A program made the translations under genes and the position numbers. The notes under the pieces were generated by a model. It did not search any database. It had not been told where the DNA came from and saw only the letters and a list, made by a program, of their open reading frames with translations. This document shows positions 37,824 to 47,716 of a stretch of DNA of 64,000 nucleotides, in pieces (positions within the stretch are counted from its first letter, which is position 1; each line of letters begins with the position of its first letter). The DNA is from Lachnospiraceae bacterium (lineage in GTDB: Bacteria > Bacillota > Clostridia > Lachnospirales > Lachnospiraceae), in the NCBI GenBank assembly GCA_028696165.1, contig JAQVHQ010000011.1, positions 1,866 through 65,865 on the forward strand, in the 5' to 3' direction.

Positions 37824-40208
37824 TTATTCTGCTGTCACGAACTCCGTCAAACATCCTAACAGTTCTTCATCAATCTCCATAGCCTGAAGCTGACTAAGTA
37901 CTGACAGTCTGTTTTTATTCTTACATACCAGACTATATATCTCATTCTTCACAGCAAATGCAATCTCTGCCTGATTCAGGAAATCAAATAATCTCTTTTC
38001 CATCTCATTATCCGTTCTCTGAACCGGTTTTGCAAAGGAAATGCAGATTTCTTTCTTTACATCACAGTTATCCACTGATATTTCCAGTACATTATTCGAC
38101 AGATCATATTCCACCGCTGCATCCATCTTCTCCTGTCCACAGGCAACAGATACTTCGCTGCCTTTGCAGTTATGAACACGTACCTTGTAGCTTCTCTTAG
38201 CCGGAAGCAGATTTGTATCACCTGCTGCAGGCAGGATTACAACCGTGGAAGTTTCCTGATTCCATTTAAATTCTGTAGTTACGCACTGGTTCTGTTCGTA
38301 TTCTTTCGTCTCATTATCGTCCTCATACATAGTAAAGCCGGCATCTGCGCCCGGATAGATATCCAGTACAAGGCTCTTTGGATTCTCCAGTGCATCTGTG
38401 CCAAATATTTCCTTCGTAGTCGGAATGATTGTACCATCTTTTACCAGAACAGGAATCGTTTCCAGGGAACGATACATGGTGATATAGCGACCACCAATAT
38501 ATTGCATACCGGTAAAGATATCTGTATAGTGTCCCTCCGGAAGCCATACTTTAACCTTGGCCACATTCAAGTCTTTGATACAGCTCTCCGTAATAGGCGC
38601 TACGATCATCTCTGTACCAAAATAATACTGGTTTTTCACTTCATAGCTTTCCGGCGCTTCCGGATATTTATAGTACATTGGCTGTACCAGTGGTTTATTT
38701 TCCTTATATGCCAGATAATTCATGGTATATAAGTACGGAATCATCTCATGGCGCAGGCGCAGGAAGCGATTCATCATCTGATGAACCTGCTGGTTGTATC
38801 TCCATGGTTCTTTGCCATTGAATTCATCCTTTGTACTGTGCAGACGATTAATAGGTGAGAATACACCATACTGCAGCCATCTTGCAGCCATCTCATCATT
38901 CTTATAGCCCTTCATATGTCCGCCGATGTCATGACTCCACCATCCATATCCGATGTTAGATGCAGTATTGGTAAAATATGGCTGAAAATCAAGAGATTCC
39001 CATGTCATATGGGTATCGCCTGAGAATCCTACCGGATATCTGTGGGAACCTGGTCCTGCATATCTTGAAAATGTAATTGGTCTCTTTCCATCTCTTCCGC
39101 TGTCCAGGAAATGATAATGATTCAGCATCCACAGAGGATCCAGACCTTCGATTTTACTGTTAGATCCCTGCTGCCAGTCCAGCCACCAGAAATCAACACC
39201 TGCTTCTTCATTGGGATGATGAAGCACATCAAAATAAGCCTTCATAAATTCCGGTGATGACACGTCAAAGTTAATGGGCTCTTCCTTACTTGCATCCACA
39301 TGAAGCGCCTCAGCCATCTGTTCATACATTTCTTCATAAGCTCTTACCCCGTCAGCAGGATGCACATTTAATGTGATTTTCATGCCGCGCTTGTGAAGCC
39401 ATTCCATAAATCGTTTGGGATCCGGGAAAAAGTCCTTGTTCCATGTGTATCCGGTCCATCCGCTTCCGTATTTTGGGTCCACGTCAACCAGATGCCAGTC
39501 CATATCTACCACAGCTACGGAAAATGGAACTTCTTCTTTTTCAAAACGGTTCATCAGCTCCATATAGCTGTCTTCGGTATATTCATAATAGCGTGCCCAC
39601 CAGTTTCCCATAGCATAACGTGGAAGCATAGGTGTCTTGCCGCACAAATGATAGAAATCATTCAGACATTTCAAATAATCGTGTCCATATCCAAAGAAAT
39701 ACACATCCTGGATATTTTTCTTTCTAGGCTCTACCCAGCCATCTTCTGTAATAATCAGTGATTTGCTGTCATCTAATACAGAGAATCCAAATTGTGACAT
39801 CAGTCCATGTTCTAATTCACAGGCACCATCCACATGATCCAGTGTACGTGCGGTACCGCCTAAATCATGGATTTCTTCCCCATAATGCCAGATGCTGTGG
39901 TAATTACTGATATTCCCCATAACCTGAATAGATAAACCGTAAGACTTAAACTCCTGCTTATTATAATTCAACTGTAATGAATTAGTTCTAATCTGCAGTT
40001 CATCCTCAGTCTCGATAATCTTATATGCAACCGGTGCAAAGTCTCGATTTAATACTGACTGGGTTGCGCGGTCTTCAAATACTCCGTCCTCACTGTACTC
40101 CAAACGAATAAGCTGTTCGGTCAGTAATGTAATTCTGTATTTCTCCCCCTGAATTACATTTTCCGGATTGCATTGCGGTGCTGTTTTTAGCTGATAGATT
40201 TTGTCCAT
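37824..40208 (-). CDS. GH31 alpha-glucosidase/alpha-xylosidase family protein
   Basis: KITLNVHPADG, DFWWLDWQQG, GFSGDTHMTW, WSHDIGG motifs; start at MDKIYQL (40208) with AAGGAGAAGG RBS. Confidence 0.88.
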   Translation of the reverse strand: MDKIYQLKTAPQCNPENVIQGEKYRITLLTEQLIRLEYSEDGVFEDRATQSVLNRDFAPVAYKIIETEDELQIRTNSLQLNYNKQEFKSYGLSIQVMGNISNYHSIWHYGEEIHDLGGTARTLDHVDGACELEHGLMSQFGFSVLDDSKSLIITEDGWVEPRKKNIQDVYFFGYGHDYLKCLNDFYHLCGKTPMLPRYAMGNWWARYYEYTEDSYMELMNRFEKEEVPFSVAVVDMDWHLVDVDPKYGSGWTGYTWNKDFFPDPKRFMEWLHKRGMKITLNVHPADGVRAYEEMYEQMAEALHVDASKEEPINFDVSSPEFMKAYFDVLHHPNEEAGVDFWWLDWQQGSNSKIEGLDPLWMLNHYHFLDSGRDGKRPITFSRYAGPGSHRYPVGFSGDTHMTWESLDFQPYFTNTASNIGYGWWSHDIGGHMKGYKNDEMAARWLQYGVFSPINRLHSTKDEFNGKEPWRYNQQVHQMMNRFLRLRHEMIPYLYTMNYLAYKENKPLVQPMYYKYPEAPESYEVKNQYYFGTEMIVAPITESCIKDLNVAKVKVWLPEGHYTDIFTGMQYIGGRYITMYRSLETIPVLVKDGTIIPTTKEIFGTDALENPKSLVLDIYPGADAGFTMYEDDNETKEYEQNQCVTTEFKWNQETSTVVILPAAGDTNLLPAKRSYKVRVHNCKGSEVSVACGQEKMDAAVEYDLSNNVLEISVDNCDVKKEICISFAKPVQRTDNEMEKRLFDFLNQAEIAFAVKNEIYSLVCKNKNRLSVLSQLQAMEIDEELLGCLTEFVTAE

Positions 40209-40342
40209 ACCTTCTCCTTTTCTATTAACCATTGTATTTCTGCGCCATATTGAGGTTATTTTATTCTACGGCGGCTTTCTTTTACAGATATTATACTATA
40301 GCATGATTGATATCTGTGAGGTTTTGTTGAATACCATTAGCC

Positions 40343-40381
40343 AAAAAGTCATGCATTTCATACCTCCATGAAAAACATGAC
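40343..40381 (-). terminator. intrinsic terminator after the ula-like operon
   Basis: minus sense GTCATGTTTTTCAT..ATGAAATGCATGAC followed by TTTTT. Confidence 0.65.
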
Positions 40382-40397
40382 TCTCTGGGGAGTGGAA

Positions 40398-41447
40398 TTA
40401 TTTTGTCAATGTATACATTGCAATTTCATCTATCTCTCTGTTTGTGGAAACCAGTATATCCTTGCCGTCCTTTACATAATGATAAACATTTGCCGGACCA
40501 CAGTCTTTGTCCAGGATTTCGCACTGATAGGCAGCATTATCCTTATTATAGGTAAAGCAAAGCAGATTACGTTCTCCTTTTCGATGGCCTACAACCAGCG
40601 ATGGCTGTCCACAAAGCATTCCACCGAAGATAGCGTGGGTAAACTCAGCAGATTTTTCATACTCATATACCTTTTGGTAACTGCCGGCGATTTTTTTATA
40701 AATGCGAATAGCCGGTCCGTGAAACGGTGCAAGTACGGCCAGTTCTTTCTCTCCATCCTCATCAAAATCAACTAAAACTGCATCGCTTGCAGGAGCATCA
40801 ATCAACTGTGTAATCGTCCACTTCTCTCCTTTAGATGCCGGAGGCACAAACTGGAATACTCCATTATCAGAAGAAATAATGCTTGTCTCAATACCGTTGT
40901 CCATCACTTTATAATAGCCATGATTTTTTAGCATATTCTCTTTAATCACTTCAAGTTCAAGTGGATGCTGTTCGTCAAAAGTACTTAAATCATCCGGAAG
41001 TACAGCTGCATATACTTTCCCCGGTGTTCTCCAATCGTCTTTATATTCATGGTCAGATTTAAGGGCGCATGCGATTAAATAGCGTGTGTTATTGCGCGTA
41101 ACGATATCGAATCTATGTACAAATGGCAGATTTACCAATGTCTGCACGTCCCATTTTCCAGCTCCATCTGGTGTAACAACCACGATTTTAGCTTCTTTCG
41201 AATCATTTGGCGAATAGAACTTGTGCGTTGCCAAAAACTGGCCGTCAGTACCTGGTACATAGACCATACTCATAACTCCGCCCGGTTCTTCCCATACGGT
41301 ATCTTCTTCTTTTCCTTCTTCGTCAAATAAAATACAGCGGTCCACTTTCTCTGCTGCCACTAGAAAATGTTTCTTTCCGCCATAAGTAAGCGGTGCAACA
41401 GAGTAGCATTTATTTAAATTTGCTATTACCTTTTTCTCAACGTTCAT
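40398..41447 (-). CDS. hypothetical protein, repeat-rich beta-strand (propeller-like?) fold, no recognisable family
   Basis: 349-aa ORF, last gene of the ulaG-like/ulaE-like operon; no signal peptide, no motif I can name. Confidence 0.6.
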   Translation of the reverse strand: MNVEKKVIANLNKCYSVAPLTYGGKKHFLVAAEKVDRCILFDEEGKEEDTVWEEPGGVMSMVYVPGTDGQFLATHKFYSPNDSKEAKIVVVTPDGAGKWDVQTLVNLPFVHRFDIVTRNNTRYLIACALKSDHEYKDDWRTPGKVYAAVLPDDLSTFDEQHPLELEVIKENMLKNHGYYKVMDNGIETSIISSDNGVFQFVPPASKGEKWTITQLIDAPASDAVLVDFDEDGEKELAVLAPFHGPAIRIYKKIAGSYQKVYEYEKSAEFTHAIFGGMLCGQPSLVVGHRKGERNLLCFTYNKDNAAYQCEILDKDCGPANVYHYVKDGKDILVSTNREIDEIAMYTLTK

Positions 41448-41480
41448 ATTTTTATAAACCTTCCTTTTAGAATATGATTT

Positions 41481-42341
41481 TTATGCCAGCCACTCTGCAA
41501 CTTGCTGCTGCATCAGTATCTCTGTCATCATATTATTGGCAAAAGACAAATCCTCTTTCCATTTTGGACTGCCAGTGTACCAGAACTCTGTGACATATTT
41601 TCTCACGCCTAATTCCCACGCCTTTTCAATAGCCTTCTGGAAATTCACATGACCAGTTCCAAATGGAATTTCACGGAATTTTCCTGGAACTGTCTCTTTA
41701 AGATGCATAGCAACCAGATGTCCTCTGCCCGTTTCCAGGTCTTCCAACACATCTTTGCCCTCCGCCAGTGCAGCATTGGTAATATTACCGATATCCGGAT
41801 ATACATTCAGATAGCAGGAGCTCATTTTATTTACGTACTTCATAGCTTTTGCCACGCTGTTCATAAACTCGGTTTCCATGGTTTCAAATCCCATCACGAT
41901 ACCTGCAGTCTCTGCCATCTCCACTGCTCTGGCAAGATTTTTAGCAAAACGTTCCTTTGTAGTTTCGTCAGAATTTTCATAATATACATCATACCCTGCC
42001 AACTGAATAATGCGGATACCCAAATCATCTGCCAGGCAGATAGCCTTCTCCATGATTTCCATACCTCTTTTCCAGACCGCTTCCTCGCTGCTTCCCAGTG
42101 GATACTTTCTATGTCCGCTCAGACACATGGTCCGAATGGGCATCTGATGTTTCTGCATTAACTGCACCAGCTTAAGTCGTTCTTCCTGAGACATGTCCAG
42201 ACGAGATAATTTCTCATCACTTTCATCAATACTTATTTCAATAAAATCAAATCTGGCCTCTTTTGCTGCCAGCATTTTTTCCTCCCATGACAACTCCGAT
42301 GGCATGGACTTTTCATATAAACCCAGTGAATATGATTTCAT
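41481..42341 (-). CDS. L-ribulose-5-phosphate 3-epimerase family (UlaE/SgbU-like, xylose-isomerase TIM barrel)
   Basis: LGLYEKSMPSELSWEEKMLAAKEARFDFIEISIDESDEKLSRLD closely parallels the UlaE/SgbU N-terminus; 286 aa. Confidence 0.8.
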   Translation of the reverse strand: MKSYSLGLYEKSMPSELSWEEKMLAAKEARFDFIEISIDESDEKLSRLDMSQEERLKLVQLMQKHQMPIRTMCLSGHRKYPLGSSEEAVWKRGMEIMEKAICLADDLGIRIIQLAGYDVYYENSDETTKERFAKNLARAVEMAETAGIVMGFETMETEFMNSVAKAMKYVNKMSSCYLNVYPDIGNITNAALAEGKDVLEDLETGRGHLVAMHLKETVPGKFREIPFGTGHVNFQKAIEKAWELGVRKYVTEFWYTGSPKWKEDLSFANNMMTEILMQQQVAEWLA

Positions 42342-42356
42342 AATTATCCCCTCTGT

Positions 42357-43460
42357 TTATAAGCAAGATCTAAAAGGAATGTTCTGAGGAGCCTCGAAGC
42401 AGTCTTCAAAACCTCTTCTGTGATGATATGCACGTTTATCCTTGTCTGTAGGATATACATATTTTCCGCCAACTTCCCAGAAAAATGGATGGAACTTATA
42501 ATCCAGACGATCTTTCTTCATATCATAAAGAACACGAATTTCATTTACATCTGCCATAAAGTTAGACCATACATCATAGTGAATCGGAATAACAACCTTA
42601 GTTCTTAAAGCTTCTGCCATACGAAGGATATCACAGGAAGTCATCTTGTCAGCCATACCAACCGGATTCTCTCCATAAGAACCAAAAGCCACATCGATAT
42701 CATAATCTTTGCCATGTTTAGCAAAATAGATAGAATAATGAGAATCCCCACTATGATAAATATTTCCTCCTGGAGTTTTGATTAAGTAGTTAACAGCCTT
42801 CTCATCCATATCAGTAGGACAGATACCGGTAAGTTCTTCTCTGTCAGCTGTCGTCACATCTGTTGTAACTAAACAGGTTCTGTCAAAAGAATCCAAAGCA
42901 ACAATCTCAATATCCTTAATTTTAATCACATCACCCGGTTTAACCACAACACAACGGTCGGCCGGAACGCCCCACTTCATCCATAAATCTACAGACTTCT
43001 GAGGTCCGATGAATGGTACTGGAATAGTCTCACCCTTCTCATTTACTGTAGTCATACCACTTTTGATAACATGAGAAGCATATTCAGCGCTCATGTGATC
43101 CTGATGATAATGAGTAGCCAAAACAGCATCTACCTGTTTCACAGCAAAAGGATCCAGAACAAAAGGAACCGCTCTTAAGTTAGGCTGCATAGCACGGGCA
43201 CCACACATATTTGCCATCTGATGACCTTCTGCCATCTTGCCATTGCCATGAGTACGTTTACCATTACCGCACCATAAATCCACAGTAATATTGCATCCTC
43301 CCGGAGTCTTAAACCACATACCGGTACAACCCAGCCACCACATAGCCACAGTTCCCGGAGCAACAACCTCCTGCTCAATCTCCTCATTCAACCAGGTACC
43401 CCATTCAGGGAAAGTACCTAATACCCAACTCTCCTTAGTAATTTCATCAATTTTACTCAT
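42357..43460 (-). CDS. UlaG-like metallo-beta-lactamase (L-ascorbate-6-phosphate lactonase family)
   Basis: [47 protein letters not shown] and [16 protein letters not shown], colinear with E. coli UlaG as I recall it. Confidence 0.85.
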   Translation of the reverse strand: MSKIDEITKESWVLGTFPEWGTWLNEEIEQEVVAPGTVAMWWLGCTGMWFKTPGGCNITVDLWCGNGKRTHGNGKMAEGHQMANMCGARAMQPNLRAVPFVLDPFAVKQVDAVLATHYHQDHMSAEYASHVIKSGMTTVNEKGETIPVPFIGPQKSVDLWMKWGVPADRCVVVKPGDVIKIKDIEIVALDSFDRTCLVTTDVTTADREELTGICPTDMDEKAVNYLIKTPGGNIYHSGDSHYSIYFAKHGKDYDIDVAFGSYGENPVGMADKMTSCDILRMAEALRTKVVIPIHYDVWSNFMADVNEIRVLYDMKKDRLDYKFHPFFWEVGGKYVYPTDKDKRAYHHRRGFEDCFEAPQNIPFRSCL

Positions 43461-43679
43461 TTTACGTCCTCCATAAGATTTATTCTTGTTCTTTTTAGAT
43501 GTTTAATCATCCTTAAGTATTCATATAAAGTTCTATAGTTGCATATTACCATGTTTTATGATTGTTTTCAATGCTTTTATTATCGTTTTTAAATTATTTT
43601 GTCTTATAAATGAACGTACAGTGTTGTTTTACGAACTTTATTATTCTTATATCGGACCTTTTTACGCATGTATAGCAGC

Positions 43680-43727
43680 AAAAAAGAACCTTGTGCAGGA
43701 AATATCTCCACACAAGGTTCTTTTTTG
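43680..43727. terminator. bidirectional intrinsic terminator after purA
   Basis: AGAACCTTGTG...CACAAGGTTCT flanked by an A run and a T run. Confidence 0.75.
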
Positions 43728-43745
43728 TTTTTTGATTTTATAATT

Positions 43746-45023
43746 CTAACGATAGATAATGTCTTCTCTGCCAGGTCCATTAGAAACCATAGTAATCGGG
43801 AATCCGATTCTTTCTTCGATAAATTCCACATATTTTCTACAGTTTTCAGGCAGATCTTCATACTTACGAATACCACGAATATCCTGATTCCATCCTGGCA
43901 GAACCTCGATAACCGGTTTTGCTTTTTCTAACTGGCTGGTTGTTGGAAATTCCGTAGTAACTACTCCGTCGATTTCGTATCCAGTACAAACCGGAATCTC
44001 TTCCAGGTATCCCAATACGTCTAATACGGTAAATGCTACATCTGTAGTACCCTGCATTCTGCAGCCATACTTAGAAGCAACAACATCAAACCATCCCATA
44101 CGTCTTGGACGTCCGGTAGTTGCACCGTACTCTCCGCCATCTCCACCACGTCTTCTCAACTCATCAGCTTCATCGCCGAAGATTTCAGATACAAATGCAC
44201 CTGCTCCAACAGCGCTTGAATAAGCCTTACATACTGTGATGATTTTTTTGATTTCATATGGTGGTACACCTGCTCCGATAGCACCATAAGCTGCTAAAGT
44301 AGAAGAAGAAGTTACCATTGGATAAATACCATGATCCGGGTCTTTCAAAGAACCGAGCTGGCCTTCCAGCAAGATTTCTTTTCCTTCTTTCAGTGAATTC
44401 CACAGATATAAAGAAACATCATCCACATATGGCTCAACCATTTCTTTATATGACATTAATTCATCATAAATCTTAGCTGGCTCTAATAATGGCTTATGAT
44501 ATAAATGTTCCAACATAACATTCTTAGTCTCGCAAACACGAGCCACTTTCTCTTTTAACGCAGCTTCCTCAGCAAATAACTCACTTACCTGGAAACCAAT
44601 CTTTGCATATTTATCAGAATAAAATGGAGCAATTCCTGATTTGGTAGAACCAAAGGATTTTCCAGCCAGACGCTCTTCTTCATACTGATCAAATAAAATA
44701 TGATAAGACATAACCATCTGTGCACGATCCGATACTTTAATCTTTGGCATTGGCACGCCCTTATCTACAATACTCTGAATCTCGTTAAATAAAACCGGGA
44801 TATTTAATGCCACACCATTGCCGATTACACTTGTGGTATGGTTATAAAATACTCCTGAAGGTAACGTATGCAACGCAAATTTACCATAGTCATTTACGAT
44901 GGTATGTCCTGCATTTGCTCCACCCTGGAAACGGACGATAATATCAGCTTCTTTAGCCAGCATATCAGTAATCTTACCTTTACCTTCGTCTCCCCAGTTT
45001 GCTCCTACTACTGCTTTAATCAT
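43746..45023 (-). CDS. purA: adenylosuccinate synthase
   Basis: MIKAVVGANWGDEGKGKITD P-loop start, GGANAGHT; start at 45023 with GGAGGAA RBS. Confidence 0.95.
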   Translation of the reverse strand: MIKAVVGANWGDEGKGKITDMLAKEADIIVRFQGGANAGHTIVNDYGKFALHTLPSGVFYNHTTSVIGNGVALNIPVLFNEIQSIVDKGVPMPKIKVSDRAQMVMSYHILFDQYEEERLAGKSFGSTKSGIAPFYSDKYAKIGFQVSELFAEEAALKEKVARVCETKNVMLEHLYHKPLLEPAKIYDELMSYKEMVEPYVDDVSLYLWNSLKEGKEILLEGQLGSLKDPDHGIYPMVTSSSTLAAYGAIGAGVPPYEIKKIITVCKAYSSAVGAGAFVSEIFGDEADELRRRGGDGGEYGATTGRPRRMGWFDVVASKYGCRMQGTTDVAFTVLDVLGYLEEIPVCTGYEIDGVVTTEFPTTSQLEKAKPVIEVLPGWNQDIRGIRKYEDLPENCRKYVEFIEERIGFPITMVSNGPGREDIIYR

Positions 45024-45238
45024 ATGAATTTCCTCCACACATTTTATGCTATTTCATTCGTGCGAAAATGAAGTCTCTTACGCACTTACCTGTATAGTAT
45101 ACTACATTTTATAACATAAGTACAATTAATATTGTTTATGTTTGATATAATTTCATCTTATGTGTATTATCATCTGAACAAGATACCCTATGTCATACAA
45201 CTTAATATATCAAAAAATCCATATTCGCTGCAATATCC

Positions 45239-46123
45239 TCACAAAATCATGAGTGACATCAGTTTCTGCGCTGCTGTGGACATCTTATTTCTGCCTTCAC
45301 TTACAATACAAAAGCTTCTTTTAGGAATCGCTTCTTCAAATTCCAATTGAAATAATTCGCCACTTTCCAGATATGGCAAAGCAAAGTCCTTGACCACACT
45401 GGCCACTCCCAGATTTCTCAAAGCAAACTGAACTAACATATCGCTGGTTGCCAGCTCTATCTCTGAATTTACAGATACTCCATGCTTTTTAAGGAAGTTC
45501 TCCACATATCTTCTGGTACTGGTGTTACCCTCCAGAGAAATCAGCGGCAGTTCTTTCAATTTTTCATAGGAAAGGATTCTTCCCTGTAAGTCTCGAAACT
45601 TTTCTCCTGCCACATAGATATCTTCTATTTCCCGTACTTTTGTTATCTGAAATTCATGTTTGCTGCTGACAGGTGAACTGACTACTCCAAAATCAATCTT
45701 CCCATTTTGCAAAAAGCGAAGAGTCTCCGGGGTTGGCGCATTGGTTACCTGAATCTTTATTTTGGGATATTTTTCATGAAACGACTGTAGAAACGGAAGC
45801 AAATAAAACTGCAGCGTCATATCACTGGCACCGATGCGTAATTCGCCTGCCTCTAAGTTCATCATCTCCATCAACTTATTTTCTCCGTTTTTGATTGTTT
45901 CATACCCTTGTTCTACATAAGAGAAAAGCTGTTCGCCGGCTATTGTATGAGATACCCCCTTGGGAGTCCTCACAAAAAGTGTAGTTCCCAATTCCGATTC
46001 CAATTGCTTGATAGCCTGACTGACTGCAGGCTGTGAGACAGATAAAGCTTCAGCCGCCGATGTGATACCGCCAGTCTTTGATACATAGTAGAAAATCTTA
46101 TAATATTCCAGATTAATGTTCAC
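45239..46123 (-). CDS. LysR family transcriptional regulator
   Basis: 294-aa ORF; N-terminal HTH GGITSAAEALSVSQPAVSQAIKQLE. Confidence 0.88.
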   Translation of the reverse strand: MNINLEYYKIFYYVSKTGGITSAAEALSVSQPAVSQAIKQLESELGTTLFVRTPKGVSHTIAGEQLFSYVEQGYETIKNGENKLMEMMNLEAGELRIGASDMTLQFYLLPFLQSFHEKYPKIKIQVTNAPTPETLRFLQNGKIDFGVVSSPVSSKHEFQITKVREIEDIYVAGEKFRDLQGRILSYEKLKELPLISLEGNTSTRRYVENFLKKHGVSVNSEIELATSDMLVQFALRNLGVASVVKDFALPYLESGELFQLEFEEAIPKRSFCIVSEGRNKMSTAAQKLMSLMIL

Positions 46124-46257
46124 TTTATAGAAGTTCCTTTCTTCTAGAGGACAATGTTATTTTCCATAAATCAAGGCAGGCAGAAATCATAAAAACACTT
46201 CGTTTTTTACCATTTCTGCCTGCCCATTTACTATTTATTCATCAAAAGTTCAAATCA

Positions 46258-47691
46258 CTAGACATTAATCTCTGCGGTCATGCCAAGGAGGTCTTTATTT
46301 TCTTCCAGCATTGGATTAATTACGTTCTTTAAGAAGGTATCTACCTGTTCTTTTGCTCTTCCTACATATTTGCTTGGATCCATTGTTTTCTGAAGATCTT
46401 CTAAGCTCAAGTTAAATGCAGGATCTGCTGCGATTAATTCCAGAAGATTATTGTCTTTTCCTTCTACTTTTACGTTCTTGCCTGCTTCCATAGAAAGTTC
46501 GCGAATTCTCTCATGAAGTTCCTGTCTGTCTCCGCCAGCTTTTACGGCATCCATCATAATATTTTCTGTTGCCATGAATGGAAGTTCTGACATAAGACGT
46601 TTTTCGATAACTTTTGGATATACAACCAGGCCGTCAACAACATTTAAACATAAGTCTAAAATTCCGTCGATTGCAAGAAATCCTTCCGGAACGCTGAGAC
46701 GCTTGTTGGCAGAATCATCTAAGGTTCTCTCAAACCACTGGGTTGCTGATGTAATAGCCGGGTTCATAGCGTCTACCATCACATAACGGGATAAGGATGC
46801 GATTCTTTCGCTTCTCATAGGATTACGCTTGTAAGCCATAGCGGATGAACCAATCTGGCTCTTTTCAAATGGTTCTTCTACTTCTTTAAGATGCTGAAGC
46901 AGACGAATGTCATTAGAGAATTTGTGTGCGCTGGCTGCGATTCCTGCCAGTACATTTACCACTCTGGTGTCTACTTTACGGGAATAGGTCTGTCCGGATA
47001 CCGGATAGCACGCTTCAAATCCCATCTTCTGTGCGATCATTGGATCAATCTTATCGATAGTCTCCTGATTGCCGTCGAATAATTCAAGGAAGGAAGCCTG
47101 AGTTCCAGTAGTACCTTTAGAGCCCAATAATTTCATAGTAGAAATCACATGATCTAAATCTTCTAAATCCAGCATAAACTCCTGCATCCAGAGGGTTGCT
47201 CTCTTACCAACTGTTGTTGGCTGTGCAGGCTGGAAATGTGTAAATGCCAGTGTTGGAAGTGCTTTGTGCTCATCTGCAAATTTTGCTAATTCTGCAACTA
47301 CATTTACTAATTTCTGTTTCACTAATTTTAAAGCCTCAGTCATAATGATAATATCAGTATTATCGCCTACATAGCAGGAAGTAGCTCCCAGATGAATAAT
47401 TCCTTTTGCTTTCGGACACTGTACTCCATATGCATATACATGAGACATAACATCATGACGCACTTCTTTTTCTCTCGCTTTAGCCACATCATAATTGATA
47501 TCTTCTGCATGAGCTTTTAACTCGTCGATCTGTTCCTGGGTAATAGCAAGTCCCAATTCTTTCTCTGTCTCTGCCAGGGCAATCCAGAGTTTTCTCCATG
47601 TACGGAATTTCTTATCCGGTGAAAATATATACTGCATCTCCTTGCTGGCATAACGCTCAGACAATGGACTCTGATATCTATCTGTACTCAT
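46258..47691 (-). CDS. purB: adenylosuccinate lyase
   Basis: 477-aa ORF; YQSPLSERYASKEM start, fumarate-lyase signature GSSAMAYKRNP. Confidence 0.95.
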   Translation of the reverse strand: MSTDRYQSPLSERYASKEMQYIFSPDKKFRTWRKLWIALAETEKELGLAITQEQIDELKAHAEDINYDVAKAREKEVRHDVMSHVYAYGVQCPKAKGIIHLGATSCYVGDNTDIIIMTEALKLVKQKLVNVVAELAKFADEHKALPTLAFTHFQPAQPTTVGKRATLWMQEFMLDLEDLDHVISTMKLLGSKGTTGTQASFLELFDGNQETIDKIDPMIAQKMGFEACYPVSGQTYSRKVDTRVVNVLAGIAASAHKFSNDIRLLQHLKEVEEPFEKSQIGSSAMAYKRNPMRSERIASLSRYVMVDAMNPAITSATQWFERTLDDSANKRLSVPEGFLAIDGILDLCLNVVDGLVVYPKVIEKRLMSELPFMATENIMMDAVKAGGDRQELHERIRELSMEAGKNVKVEGKDNNLLELIAADPAFNLSLEDLQKTMDPSKYVGRAKEQVDTFLKNVINPMLEENKDLLGMTAEINV

Positions 47692-47716
47692 GGTTTTCTC
47701 CTTTTAACTTATCATA

